In this document: positions 8,691 through 17,687 of the stretch, in pieces
Layout: each line of letters starts with the position of its first letter
Position numbering within the stretch: position 1 is the first letter of the stretch
DNA from: Nitrospirae bacterium MYbin3
GTDB taxonomy: Bacteria > Nitrospirota > Thermodesulfovibrionia > Thermodesulfovibrionales > Dissulfurispiraceae
NCBI GenBank assembly: GCA_002753335.1
Contig: PEAD01000004.1
Coordinates: 1-64,000 of the forward strand
Direction: 5' to 3'
Length of the DNA: 64,000 nt
Made by a program: the position numbers and the translations under genes
The notes under the pieces: generated by a model
What the model was told of the DNA's origin: nothing
The model's input: only the letters and a program-made list of their open reading frames with translations
The model's database searches: none

Positions 8691-9506
8691 CTACATTGCG
8701 TTAGGATAAAAAAGCTGATTGCCGTGGCTGTCTTTAAAAGACTTTATGGCCTGCTGCCCTTCTTTCGATATTATCCAGTTCACGAATTCCAGTGCCTCTT
8801 TGTGTTTTACATGTTTGTGTCTTAGGGGATTCACAGCCATAACTCCATATTGGTTGAAAAGCGGCGGGTCACCTTCGAACACAAGCGTCATATCGAGCTT
8901 GTCCCTGTCTTTAACCGCAAGCCATGTACCTCTGTCTCCGATAGTGTATGCCCGCTTCTCGTTTGCTATTCTTTGCGTCTTTTCCATCCCCTGACCTACC
9001 TCAAGATACCACTTTTGACCTTTTGGATCAATGCCGGCTTTTTTCCATATATCAAGCTCTTTGATATGGGTTCCTGATTTATCCCCTCTCGAAACAAACA
9101 ACGCATTGTCGGCAGCTATTTTTTTAAAAACCTCGATAACAGTCTTTGAACGTTTAATTTTAGATGGATCATCCTTAGGTCCGATTATTATAAAATCATT
9201 GTACATAACATCATAGCGACTCGCAAACCAACCTTCCTCAAGCGCTTTCAGTTCAAGTTCTTTAGCATGAACCAATACCACATCCGCATCGCCTCTCTTG
9301 CCCATCTCGATGGCCGCCCCTGTACCCCTCGCAACAACTTTCACTTTAATGCCTGTCTTTTTTTCAAAGGCAGGCATTATATGTCCAAGCAGTCCTGAAT
9401 TCTCGGTGCTAGTAGTCGAGGCGCAGATTATTGATGTTTCGGCAGATACTTGAGTTGTAATACAAAGACCTATTATTGCCGACAATAAAAAAACAATTCT
9501 CCCCAT
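8691..9506 (-). CDS. tupA: Tungstate ABC transporter substrate-binding protein
   Basis: Signal peptide, ASTTSTENSGLL, GTGAA..G..GDAD..LVHA, FVSRGDKSGTH, GQGM, DRGTW motifs. Confidence 0.9.
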   Translation of the reverse strand: MGRIVFLLSAIIGLCITTQVSAETSIICASTTSTENSGLLGHIMPAFEKKTGIKVKVVARGTGAAIEMGKRGDADVVLVHAKELELKALEEGWFASRYDVMYNDFIIIGPKDDPSKIKRSKTVIEVFKKIAADNALFVSRGDKSGTHIKELDIWKKAGIDPKGQKWYLEVGQGMEKTQRIANEKRAYTIGDRGTWLAVKDRDKLDMTLVFEGDPPLFNQYGVMAVNPLRHKHVKHKEALEFVNWIISKEGQQAIKSFKDSHGNQLFYPNAM

Positions 9507-9510
9507 ACGC

Positions 9511-11328
9511 CTAAGTTTCGAAAACAGGGTCCTTTTTTAGAAGGTCATGCAGGGTTTCGGCGCTGAGTGGTTTGCTGAAGTAGTAGCCCTGTATTTCATC
9601 ACAGTTGTTTGATCGCAGAAATTCGAGCTGATTCCGGGTTTCGACCCCTTCAGCTACGACTTTATGATGAAGCCCATGAGCCAATGCTATTATCGATTCT
9701 ACAACTCTGCAATTTTCGGGGATGGTCAAGTCTGATATGAAAGAGGCATCTATTTTAAGTTCGTCCAATGAAAACTTATTCAGGTAATTCAGTGACGAGT
9801 AGCCGGTCCCAAAATCGTCTATAGAAACACTTACCCCCGCATCTCTTAAATCGTTAAGCATGCTTATTGTTCCGGTTATATCCTCGATGATAGTGGATTC
9901 GGTTATCTCCAGCATCAAGTATTTGGGGTCAAGTTTAGTTTCGCAAAGTATTTCTTTTACGACCGACAGAAAGTCACGTTTCCTGAACTGCCTGACCGAT
10001 AAATTAACAGAGACTCTTATCGGCCTTAGGCCCTCGTCCTGCCATTCCTTATTCTGGCGGCAGGCTTCTCGCAAGGCCCATTCTCCGAGCGGGATTATCA
10101 ATCCGGTCTCTTCGGCAAGTGGTATAAACAGTGTAGGCCTTACCTGCCCTTGATCCGGATGATACCATCGAAGCAGCGCTTCCATTCCAGAAATCCGGCC
10201 GGTTTTGATATCTACTTTGGGCTGGTAGTTCAGATGAAACTCCAGCTTGTCCAAAGCTTGCCTGAACCTTGTTTCAAGCACAAACCGCTCAACAGTGCTT
10301 TTGTTTATGTCTTCGGTGAAGAATTTAAAATTATTTTTCCCCTGAGCCTTGGCATGGTACATTGCTGTGTCGGCGTTTTTAATTAAAACGTCAGAGTCGC
10401 TGCCGTCGTTTGGGAATATGGTTACGCCGATACTTGCCGAGATATAAAGCTCGTGTCCCGAAAGCGAGAACGGTGATGAAAGCAGAGAGTTGAACTTTTG
10501 CGCTAAATGAGCGGCGTTAGTTGCGCTGCCAACATCAGGCAGTATGACCAAAAATTCGTCCCCACCCATTCGCGCCGCCGTGTCGCTCTTGCGTATTGCG
10601 CTAGAAAGCCTTGATGATGCTTCAACCAAAAGCTGGTCTCCTACATGATGGCCGAGCGTGTCATTAATCTCCTTAAAGCGGTCAAGGTCTATAAGCATAA
10701 CCGCAATCAGCAGGCGGTATCGTGATGCGAAAGTAAGCGCTTGCTTGAGGCGGTCATACATAAGCGACCTATTGGGAAGCTTTGTAAGCACATCAAAATG
10801 TGCCATCTCTTGCAGCATCTTTTCATTATCTTTAAAGCGGGTTATGTCCCAGAATGCCGCAGTATATCCTTCTGTCTTGTTTTTTTTGTCTTCGAACTTA
10901 GCAATAACAAACCAGGCCGTGAAAAACTTTTTCCCTTTCTTTCGGCATAAAACCTCGCCTTGCCAATTGGTGTTGTTCTGCAAGGAATCTTTGATTTTTT
11001 GTATTAGATTATTATCATTTGTGCTTAATAAATAATCGAATAGATTTTTTTTGAGTGTGTGTTTTTTTGTGAAACCGGTAAGGTCTAAAAGAGTTTCGTT
11101 AATAGTGGTTATTTGGTGATTCTTGTCTATAATTGCGTATGCTATACCGACCAAACGAATAGCACGGGATTCGTTTTTGCGAAGGGTTTCGGATTTTTCT
11201 GCTTCTTTTAGTTGGCATTGTAATTTAGAAACAATGTTAAGTAGCTCAATCTTGTTTAGCTTTTCGTATTCGGAAGCAGTTGCAGTTTGAGTGCACAGCT
11301 TGCTTGTTTTTTTTGTTTTGCAGGGCAT
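9511..11328 (-). CDS. PAS-GGDEF-EAL diguanylate cyclase/phosphodiesterase
   Basis: PAS-like region, intact RMGGDEF, EALLRW and DDFGTGYSSL, VAEGVE, QGYYFSKP. Confidence 0.92.
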   Translation of the reverse strand: MPCKTKKTSKLCTQTATASEYEKLNKIELLNIVSKLQCQLKEAEKSETLRKNESRAIRLVGIAYAIIDKNHQITTINETLLDLTGFTKKHTLKKNLFDYLLSTNDNNLIQKIKDSLQNNTNWQGEVLCRKKGKKFFTAWFVIAKFEDKKNKTEGYTAAFWDITRFKDNEKMLQEMAHFDVLTKLPNRSLMYDRLKQALTFASRYRLLIAVMLIDLDRFKEINDTLGHHVGDQLLVEASSRLSSAIRKSDTAARMGGDEFLVILPDVGSATNAAHLAQKFNSLLSSPFSLSGHELYISASIGVTIFPNDGSDSDVLIKNADTAMYHAKAQGKNNFKFFTEDINKSTVERFVLETRFRQALDKLEFHLNYQPKVDIKTGRISGMEALLRWYHPDQGQVRPTLFIPLAEETGLIIPLGEWALREACRQNKEWQDEGLRPIRVSVNLSVRQFRKRDFLSVVKEILCETKLDPKYLMLEITESTIIEDITGTISMLNDLRDAGVSVSIDDFGTGYSSLNYLNKFSLDELKIDASFISDLTIPENCRVVESIIALAHGLHHKVVAEGVETRNQLEFLRSNNCDEIQGYYFSKPLSAETLHDLLKKDPVFET

Positions 11329-11346
11329 GACGGTTGCTATGTTTTT

Positions 11347-11550
11347 TTATTGGCCCTGCTTGGTCTGTGCTTCCATAGTGTTTTTTAGTTTAATGCCAAG
11401 CTTATCCATGACCAGCTTAGAAACGCTGAAATAAGTTTTAATCTCATCTATGTCAGGAGTAAGGTTGTCCTTGCCATCTTTCATTAGGCCGAAGCTTGTT
11501 TTGCCTGTGCCTTTATCGAACCTGATTATAATTTCATATGTTCCTGCCAT
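11347..11550 (-). CDS. Small hypothetical protein (67 aa)
   Basis: Strong RBS AAAGAGGAG before ATG; 18 bp upstream of the GGDEF-EAL gene. Confidence 0.6.
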   Translation of the reverse strand: MAGTYEIIIRFDKGTGKTSFGLMKDGKDNLTPDIDEIKTYFSVSKLVMDKLGIKLKNTMEAQTKQGQ

Positions 11551-11678
11551 ATTTTTCTCCTCTTTTTAATTGGTATGCATAATTATAATATGTTTAGACG
11601 GTATTTGATATGTTTTAACAAAACAATAGTAGGAGGAAGTTGTATGTAAGTAGAGACAAATGTCATTGATTTTATAAA

Positions 11679-11762
11679 TGCCGGAGACGAGAATCGAACT
11701 CGTACGGGGCACGCCCCGAGGGATTTTAAGTCCCTTGCGTCTGCCAGTTCCGCCACTCCGGC
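11679..11762 (-). tRNA. tRNA-Leu (anticodon TAA), CCA not encoded
   Basis: Reverse complement GCCGGAGTGGCGGAACTGGCAGACGCAAGGGACTTAAAATCCCTCGGGGCGTGCCCCGTACGAGTTCGATTCTCGTCTCCGGCA; long variable arm. Confidence 0.95.
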
Positions 11763-11771
11763 ACAAAAGCT

Positions 11772-11801
11772 AGACTATCATAAAAACTTTTGGGGTGTCA
11801 A
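11772..11801 (-). promoter_or_regulatory. Putative sigma70 promoter of tRNA-Leu
   Basis: Minus strand TTGACA-N18-TAGTCT with TG at the extended -10 position. Confidence 0.55.
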
Positions 11802-11827
11802 AAAAGATTCAAAGTCAGCTTTTTCTA

Positions 11828-11857
11828 TTGACTCAGAGGCTGTTAGCATGATATTGT
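11828..11857 (+). promoter_or_regulatory. Putative sigma70 promoter of the glycan operon (leaderless transcript)
   Basis: TTGACT-N18-TATTGT with extended -10 TG; -10 box ends 7 nt before ATG 11865; no RBS. Confidence 0.55.
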
Positions 11858-11870
11858 TCATAGTATGAAC
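11856..11870. promoter_or_regulatory. Palindromic operator candidate overlapping the start of the wHTH gene
   Basis: GTTCATA-G-TATGAAC, perfect 7-bp inverted repeat. Confidence 0.55.
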
Positions 11871-12446
11871 GGCAGGATGCAGCAGGATGAAATATCACTG
11901 AAGCTTCTCGACAATATCGCCAAAGAACCCCAAACAACCCAGAGAACACTTGCGGACGATCTTGGAATTGCACTTGGTCTTGTAAACGCATATCTGAAGC
12001 GGCTCGGCAAAAAAGGCTATATAAAGATCACCACTCTGCCAAGGAACAGGATTAAGTACATAATAACCCCAAAAGGGTTTGCCGAAAAAACAAAGCTCAC
12101 TTATACCTACATGAATTATTCGCTCGAATATTTTAAAGAAGCTAGAAGCAAAATAGAGGACGCTTATAAATCTATGATAGAAAACGGCTGCAAGACTGTC
12201 ATTATCTGGGGCGATGGTGAACTTGCGGAACTTTGTTTTATATCGACTCGCGGGTTGCCTTTGAATGTTGTAGGTATTGTCGGCAGCAAAAGGATAGAGA
12301 ACGGATTTTTTGGACACAATATTTATTCCGTTGAGGATGTTAAGGCGCTTTCTTTCGATGCTGTTATTGTCGCATCTATCGAGAAGAAAATTTTAGAAAC
12401 GATCAAGGAGCATGGTGTTGTTTCTGAAAATATTTATAGCTTATAG
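11865..12446 (+). CDS. MarR-type winged-helix regulator (EPS-associated family) with C-terminal Rossmann-like domain
   Basis: TQRTLADDLGIALGLVNAYLKRLGKKGYIK...YIITPKGFAEK; C-term VIIWGDGELAE. Confidence 0.82.
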   Translation: MNGRMQQDEISLKLLDNIAKEPQTTQRTLADDLGIALGLVNAYLKRLGKKGYIKITTLPRNRIKYIITPKGFAEKTKLTYTYMNYSLEYFKEARSKIEDAYKSMIENGCKTVIIWGDGELAELCFISTRGLPLNVVGIVGSKRIENGFFGHNIYSVEDVKALSFDAVIVASIEKKILETIKEHGVVSENIYSL

Positions 12447-12458
12447 CAGGAATGGTTT

Positions 12459-12989
12459 ATGAGTTCAATTATTAATGAAAGTATGACTGAAGATTTATTT
12501 TGGTTTGCAGTGCATGTGAAGTCTCGCCACGAGTTCAAGGTTCAGGAGCGTTTGGCAAAAAGCGGGATTGAGGTGTTTTTGCCTGTTGTGGAGAAGTTGA
12601 GCAAATGGAAGGACAGAAAAAAGCTTATAGAGTTTCCGATGTTCAACGGCTATTTATTTGTGCATATTCCGAAGTCCCACGGTGTATTGCTTTCTGTATT
12701 GAAAACGCCCGGAGTGGCGAGGTTTATCGGAATGACTCCCGGAGAGCCGGAGTCTGTGCCGGATGAGCAGATAGAATCTCTAAAAAAGATTGTCGAAAAC
12801 AAGGAAACTATTGACCCATACCCTTATTTAAAAGAGGGCAACAGGGTGAGAATAAAGAGGGGCGCTCTTGCAGGAGTCGAGGGTATTTTAGTGCAGAAGG
12901 CGGGGCAGCATCTGCTTGTGCTTTCGATTGATTTGTTGCAGCAGGGCGTCTCTCTTAAAATAGACTCGTCAGAAGTCGAGCCTATATAA
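12459..12989 (+). CDS. NusG-paralogue transcription antiterminator (UpxY/RfaH-like)
   Basis: WFAVHVKSRHE, KWKDRKK, PMFNGYLFV (NGN domain); KOW GNRVRIKRGALAGVEG. Confidence 0.88.
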   Translation: MSSIINESMTEDLFWFAVHVKSRHEFKVQERLAKSGIEVFLPVVEKLSKWKDRKKLIEFPMFNGYLFVHIPKSHGVLLSVLKTPGVARFIGMTPGEPESVPDEQIESLKKIVENKETIDPYPYLKEGNRVRIKRGALAGVEGILVQKAGQHLLVLSIDLLQQGVSLKIDSSEVEPI

Positions 12990-13073
12990 TACATAGTTGT
13001 ATATAAGGCCTTATTAGGTTGCATTGGGCGTATTCCTGATGTGACCGAGAGGGCGGAGCAGTCCTAAAAGGCA

Positions 13074-14072
13074 ATGGAAATCAGAAACAAAAAAGTACTC
13101 GTAACAGGAGCAGACGGTTTTATAGGCAGTCATCTTTCCGAGGCTCTTATGGCAGAGGGATGCAGTGTAAAGGCCTTTGTATTTTACAATTCATTCAATA
13201 CATGGGGATGGCTCGATACTATTGCAAAGGACAAGCTCAAGAATATTGAGATATTCAGTGGTGACATAAGAGATCCTAACGGAGTCAGGTCTGCTGTTAA
13301 AGGCGTAGATATCGTATTTCACCTAGCCGCTCTGATAGGGATTCCTTTTTCTTACCACTCGCCCGACTCTTACATAGACACAAATGTTAAAGGCACTCTG
13401 AATGTTCTTCAGGCTGCCCGCGATTTTTCGACAGAGAAAGTCCTTGTTACTTCAACCTCCGAAGTTTATGGCACGGCCCAGTATTCGCCTATTGATGAGA
13501 AACATCCACTTCAAGGGCAGTCACCGTATTCAGCATCGAAAATCGGGGCAGACAAGATAGCAGAGTCGTTTTATCGCTCTTTCGGCTCTCCTGTTGTAAC
13601 TGCCAGGCCTTTTAATACCTTCGGTCCTCGTCAGTCTGCAAGAGCTGTTATTCCTACTGTTATCACGCAGCTGCTTGAAGACAAAAAAGAGATTCGTCTC
13701 GGTTCTACGCATCCGACTCGAGATTTGAACTATGTCGGCGATATATGCCGAGGGTTTATTGCTCTCTCCAGATGCGATGAGGCCTTAGGCAGAGAGGTCA
13801 ATATCGGGTCCGGAAAAGAAATATCGATAGGCGACCTTGCAGCCCTTATTGTTTCTTTGATAAATCCGGATGCAAAGGTTGTATCCGAAGATTTAAGAAA
13901 GAGGCCTGAAAAGAGCGAAGTTGAAAGGCTGATTTGTGATAACAGACTGATAGGCGAGCTTGCAGGATGGAACCCTGAAGTTTCTCTGAAGGAAGGATTG
14001 ATAAAGACCATAGAATGGTTTGGCAATCCTGAAAACCGCAGGCAGTATAAAAGCGATATTTATAATGTTTAA
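13074..14072 (+). CDS. legB: NDP-GlcNAc 4,6-dehydratase (LegB-like)
   Basis: VTGADGFIGSHL, YNSFNTWGWLD, HLAALIGIPFSY, QSPYSASK, RPFNTFGPRQS.RAVIP. Confidence 0.82.
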   Translation: MEIRNKKVLVTGADGFIGSHLSEALMAEGCSVKAFVFYNSFNTWGWLDTIAKDKLKNIEIFSGDIRDPNGVRSAVKGVDIVFHLAALIGIPFSYHSPDSYIDTNVKGTLNVLQAARDFSTEKVLVTSTSEVYGTAQYSPIDEKHPLQGQSPYSASKIGADKIAESFYRSFGSPVVTARPFNTFGPRQSARAVIPTVITQLLEDKKEIRLGSTHPTRDLNYVGDICRGFIALSRCDEALGREVNIGSGKEISIGDLAALIVSLINPDAKVVSEDLRKRPEKSEVERLICDNRLIGELAGWNPEVSLKEGLIKTIEWFGNPENRRQYKSDIYNV

Positions 14073-15240
14073 GCAGGGTACTAAAGAGATAATCCCGCTG
14101 TCTGAGCCCGAAATATCCGGCAATGAGTGGAAGTATGTCAAAGATTGTCTCGACTCCGGATGGGTGTCGTCGGTCGGAGAGTATGTCGGCCGATTTGAAA
14201 GGATGGTGGCTGACTATACCGGAAGCCGCTTTGCGGTTGCAACCGTCAACGGGACTGCGGCGCTGCATGTGAGTCTTATTGCTTGCGGTGTATTGCCGGG
14301 AGACGAAGTAATCGTACCGACACTTACCTTTATTGCCCCTGCGAACGCGGTACGATATTGCGGTGCATATCCTGTTTTCATGGATTGCGATCCGGACACT
14401 CTTTGCATTGATGCAGAAAAAACAGCCCATTTTTTGGATATAGAGTGCTGTAAAGGGAAAGATGGGCACACGTACAATAAAATGTCCGGTAGGCGTATAA
14501 AAGCTTTGATGCCTGTGCATGTATTCGGGCATCCATCCGAAATGAAGAGTCTGATGGAAATCTGTTCCAACAAAAACATAGATATCATCGAAGATGCAAC
14601 CGAAGGCCTAGGTTCAGAATATGGCGGCAAGAAAACCGGCTCTTTCGGAAGGAGCGGATGTTTTTCATTCAATGGCAATAAAATAATAACGACCGGCGGC
14701 GGCGGCATGGTTGTCACGGATGACGAGGCTCTTGCAAAAAAGGTAAGACATCTTACGACTCAGGCAAAGACGGATCCTGTTGAATACGACCATGATGAAA
14801 TAGGATACAATTACCGCCTTACGAATATACAATCTGCTATCGGTGTGGCGCAGATGGAAAGGCTTGAGGAATTTATTGAAAGAAAAAGAAAGAACGCACG
14901 ACTTTACAGTGAACTGCTTTCCAAAGTTCCCGGGGCCGAGCTTATGTGGGAGCAGCCGGGTGTCAGGAGCAACTTCTGGTTTTACACGATCAGGGTTTCT
15001 TCAGGGCAGAAAAAGCCGCTTATGGATTCTTTGGCATCAAAAGGAATGCAGGCAAGACCGGTCTGGAAGCTGATGCACACGCTTCAAATGTATGCGGATT
15101 GCCAGGGCTATTTTATAGAGAAGGCCACTGAAGCCTATGAACGCTGTTTGAACATTCCATGCAGTGTGGGGCTTGAGCCGGAAGATGTTTGTTATGTAGC
15201 CGAAAATATAGCAGCGTTTTTAGACAAGGAAAGACTCTGA
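14065..15240 (+). CDS. legC: PLP-dependent sugar aminotransferase (LegC-like)
   Basis: IPLSEP, CLDSGWVSSVG, VNGTAALH, FSFNGNKIITTGGGG, HLTTQAK; ATG 14065 overlaps the legB end. Confidence 0.82.
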   Translation: MFKQGTKEIIPLSEPEISGNEWKYVKDCLDSGWVSSVGEYVGRFERMVADYTGSRFAVATVNGTAALHVSLIACGVLPGDEVIVPTLTFIAPANAVRYCGAYPVFMDCDPDTLCIDAEKTAHFLDIECCKGKDGHTYNKMSGRRIKALMPVHVFGHPSEMKSLMEICSNKNIDIIEDATEGLGSEYGGKKTGSFGRSGCFSFNGNKIITTGGGGMVVTDDEALAKKVRHLTTQAKTDPVEYDHDEIGYNYRLTNIQSAIGVAQMERLEEFIERKRKNARLYSELLSKVPGAELMWEQPGVRSNFWFYTIRVSSGQKKPLMDSLASKGMQARPVWKLMHTLQMYADCQGYFIEKATEAYERCLNIPCSVGLEPEDVCYVAENIAAFLDKERL

Positions 15241-15241
15241 T

Positions 15242-15868
15242 ATGACAAAGCTTGTTTTTGTAGGCGGAGGCGGACATGCAAAGGTTCTGATTGAACTTGT
15301 GAAGTCGTTGGCTATTTATGAGATAGTAGGAATTCTGGATCCTGTGCTTGAAATAGGCGAAAAGGTTTGTGGCGTTCCTGTTTTGGGCAGTGATGATATG
15401 CTCCGTAATCTTTATGGTAGAGAAGTCGTAAATGCATGCATAGGCGTGGGCAGCACAAAGAGTAATGACAACCGCAGAAGACTTTTTGAGAATCTGCTGC
15501 AGAACGGTTTTGCAATGCCGGCGTTCGTTCACAATAAGGCGGTTGTTTCACCGTCGGTGGTTGTTTCGGATGGCGTACAAATAATGGCGGGAGCTATAGT
15601 CCAACCAGGCAGCCGGTTGGGTAAAAATACAATAATAAACACCGCGGCAGTTGTTGACCATGACTGCAGTATAGGCAGTCATGTCCATGTCTGCCCCGGG
15701 GCAGTTGTAAGCGGAGATTGCATAATAGCTGACGGCGCATTTATTGGAGCGGGGGCTACTTTGATCAACGGAGTTAAGGTTGGAAAGAACTCGGTGGTCG
15801 GAGCCGGAGCGGTTGTTTTAAAAGATGTTCCTGATGATGCGTTGGTTAAAGGAGTTCCGGCCAAATGA
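15242..15868 (+). CDS. Hexapeptide-repeat sugar acetyltransferase (NeuD/PglD family)
   Basis: GGGGHAKV, INTAAVVDHDC, hexapeptide repeats, VKGVPAK. Confidence 0.88.
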   Translation: MTKLVFVGGGGHAKVLIELVKSLAIYEIVGILDPVLEIGEKVCGVPVLGSDDMLRNLYGREVVNACIGVGSTKSNDNRRRLFENLLQNGFAMPAFVHNKAVVSPSVVVSDGVQIMAGAIVQPGSRLGKNTIINTAAVVDHDCSIGSHVHVCPGAVVSGDCIIADGAFIGAGATLINGVKVGKNSVVGAGAVVLKDVPDDALVKGVPAK

Positions 15869-16866
15869 AAACGTTTATTATAGCCGAGGCGGGTGTAAAT
15901 CATAACGGGAGCATGAATACAGCCTTAAAACTCATCGCTGCAGCGTTAGAGGCTGGGGCGGACGCTGTAAAGTTCCAGACATTCAAAGCTGAAAAAATGG
16001 TCAGCAAATTCGCGCCTAAAGCCGATTATCAGAAAGATGCAACGAGAGCCGGAGAGTCTCAATACGAGATGCTGGCAAGACTTGAACTTGATGCAGAGGC
16101 TCACTGGAAATTGACAGCCGAGTGCAGGGAGCGCGGTATTATCTTCCTCTCCACACCCTTTGATTTTGAAAGCATAGAATTGTTGGATGGTTTGGGGCTT
16201 AGCATATTTAAAATACCCTCCGGAGAAATCACTAACCTTCCATATCTTAGGAAAATAGGCAAGCTGAAAAAGAAGGTAATACTTTCCACCGGTATGGCGG
16301 ATATGGATGAGATTGGAGACGCCCTCGGAGTTTTGACCGTGGCAGGGACAAAAAAAGAGGATATAACAGTTTTGCATTGCAACACCGCGTATCCTACACC
16401 CTTTGAGGATGTTAACTTGAGAGCTATGGCAACGATTAGGGATAAGTTTGGTGTAAAGGTCGGGTATTCGGACCACACTACAGGCATCGAAGTCCCAATT
16501 GCTGCTGTCGCTCTGGGTGCTACTGTAATAGAAAAGCATTTCACATTGGATAAAAATATGCCCGGACCCGACCACAAGGCATCGCTTGAGCCCGATGAAC
16601 TTAAAGAAATGGTTCGAGCTATTCGAAACATTGAGAAATCGCTTGGAACTGGGCAGAAAAAAGCTTCTGCATCGGAATTAATGAACAGAGCAATAGCCCG
16701 CAAAAGCATTGTAGCAGCCTGTAATATCAAGGCAGGAGAGTATTTCACAGAGAAAAATCTTATCGGCAAACGTCCCGGCACCGGAATCAGTCTTATGGAG
16801 TGGGACAAGGTCTTGGGCAGGCAGGCAAATCGTGATTTTGCTGTTGACGAAATGATCGAAATTTAA
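15865..16866 (+). CDS. neuB: Nonulosonic acid synthase (NeuB/LegI) with SAF domain
   Basis: IIAEAGVNHNG, KFQTF, KIPSGEITN, LHCNTAYPTP, GYSDHT, EKHFTLD, GPDH.ASLEP, KRPGTG. Confidence 0.92.
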   Translation: MKTFIIAEAGVNHNGSMNTALKLIAAALEAGADAVKFQTFKAEKMVSKFAPKADYQKDATRAGESQYEMLARLELDAEAHWKLTAECRERGIIFLSTPFDFESIELLDGLGLSIFKIPSGEITNLPYLRKIGKLKKKVILSTGMADMDEIGDALGVLTVAGTKKEDITVLHCNTAYPTPFEDVNLRAMATIRDKFGVKVGYSDHTTGIEVPIAAVALGATVIEKHFTLDKNMPGPDHKASLEPDELKEMVRAIRNIEKSLGTGQKKASASELMNRAIARKSIVAACNIKAGEYFTEKNLIGKRPGTGISLMEWDKVLGRQANRDFAVDEMIEI

Positions 16867-16883
16867 GCGGAGAAGATACTTAT

Positions 16884-17687
16884 ATGAAAACGGCGAATGA
16901 TAAAGCTTCACTTGGGTACAAAGAGAGCAGGAGCGCTTTAGACATAAGGATTCAGGCGCACCGGAACTATTCGAGTTTTAGCCTAGAAGAATGGATTAAC
17001 CGCAGTCTTCCGTTAAAGCCGGGGGATGTTGTTATGGATATCGGTTGCGGAAACGGCAACCTTTTTCCTTCATACGAAAAAAAGCTTGGGAGCACGGGCG
17101 TTATAGTGGGAATGGATCAGTCCGAAGACTTGCTTCAAAAAGCCGCATCCCGTGAGGGTGCGAGTCCAAAAGTGCTATTGCGATGGGATATGAACGAAAA
17201 CCTTCCGTTTATTGATGCGAGTTTTGATATGGTGATTTCATCGTTCGCAATTTATTATGTTGATGATGTAAAACGGATTGTTAACCAAATCAAAAGGCTT
17301 CTGAAAGATGGCGGCTCGGTTTTTCTTATCGGCCCTACCGACCGAAATGCGGCAGAACTTTATGACTTTAACAAGAAGATATTTGGTTTTGGAAGGGACG
17401 AAAAGATTAATAGAAGGACGAACCGTTTGGAGATGGAATTTCTGCCGGCCCTTGAAGAGATATTGGGTGCAGTAAAAAGTGAGATAATTCCTAGCAAGCT
17501 GGTGTTTCCGAATCGCGAAGAGTTTGTCAGATATTATCTTGCCACACTGCTTTATGAAGAGTCTGCAGCAAAGGCCGCATATGCTCCTGATGCAGAAAAG
17601 CTGGCCTCTATTGATATGCCGGCGTGGGAAATCTCAAAAGAAATGATTGTTTTATGCAGTACGAAGCAAAAAACAAAAGAAAAATAG
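16884..17687 (+). CDS. Class I SAM-dependent methyltransferase
   Basis: VMDIGCGNG motif I, LPFIDASFD..ISSFAIYY, LKDGG. Confidence 0.85.
   Translation: MKTANDKASLGYKESRSALDIRIQAHRNYSSFSLEEWINRSLPLKPGDVVMDIGCGNGNLFPSYEKKLGSTGVIVGMDQSEDLLQKAASREGASPKVLLRWDMNENLPFIDASFDMVISSFAIYYVDDVKRIVNQIKRLLKDGGSVFLIGPTDRNAAELYDFNKKIFGFGRDEKINRRTNRLEMEFLPALEEILGAVKSEIIPSKLVFPNREEFVRYYLATLLYEESAAKAAYAPDAEKLASIDMPAWEISKEMIVLCSTKQKTKEK

Noticed and set aside
11655..11678. IHF-like or att-like sequence 3' of tRNA-Leu
   Set aside because: AATCAATGACATT does not fit WATCAANNNNTTR; no integrase or tRNA-end duplication was noticed in the window.
11566..11766. 66-aa ORF MCRSGGTGRRKG...
   Set aside because: It is a translation of the tRNA-Leu gene.
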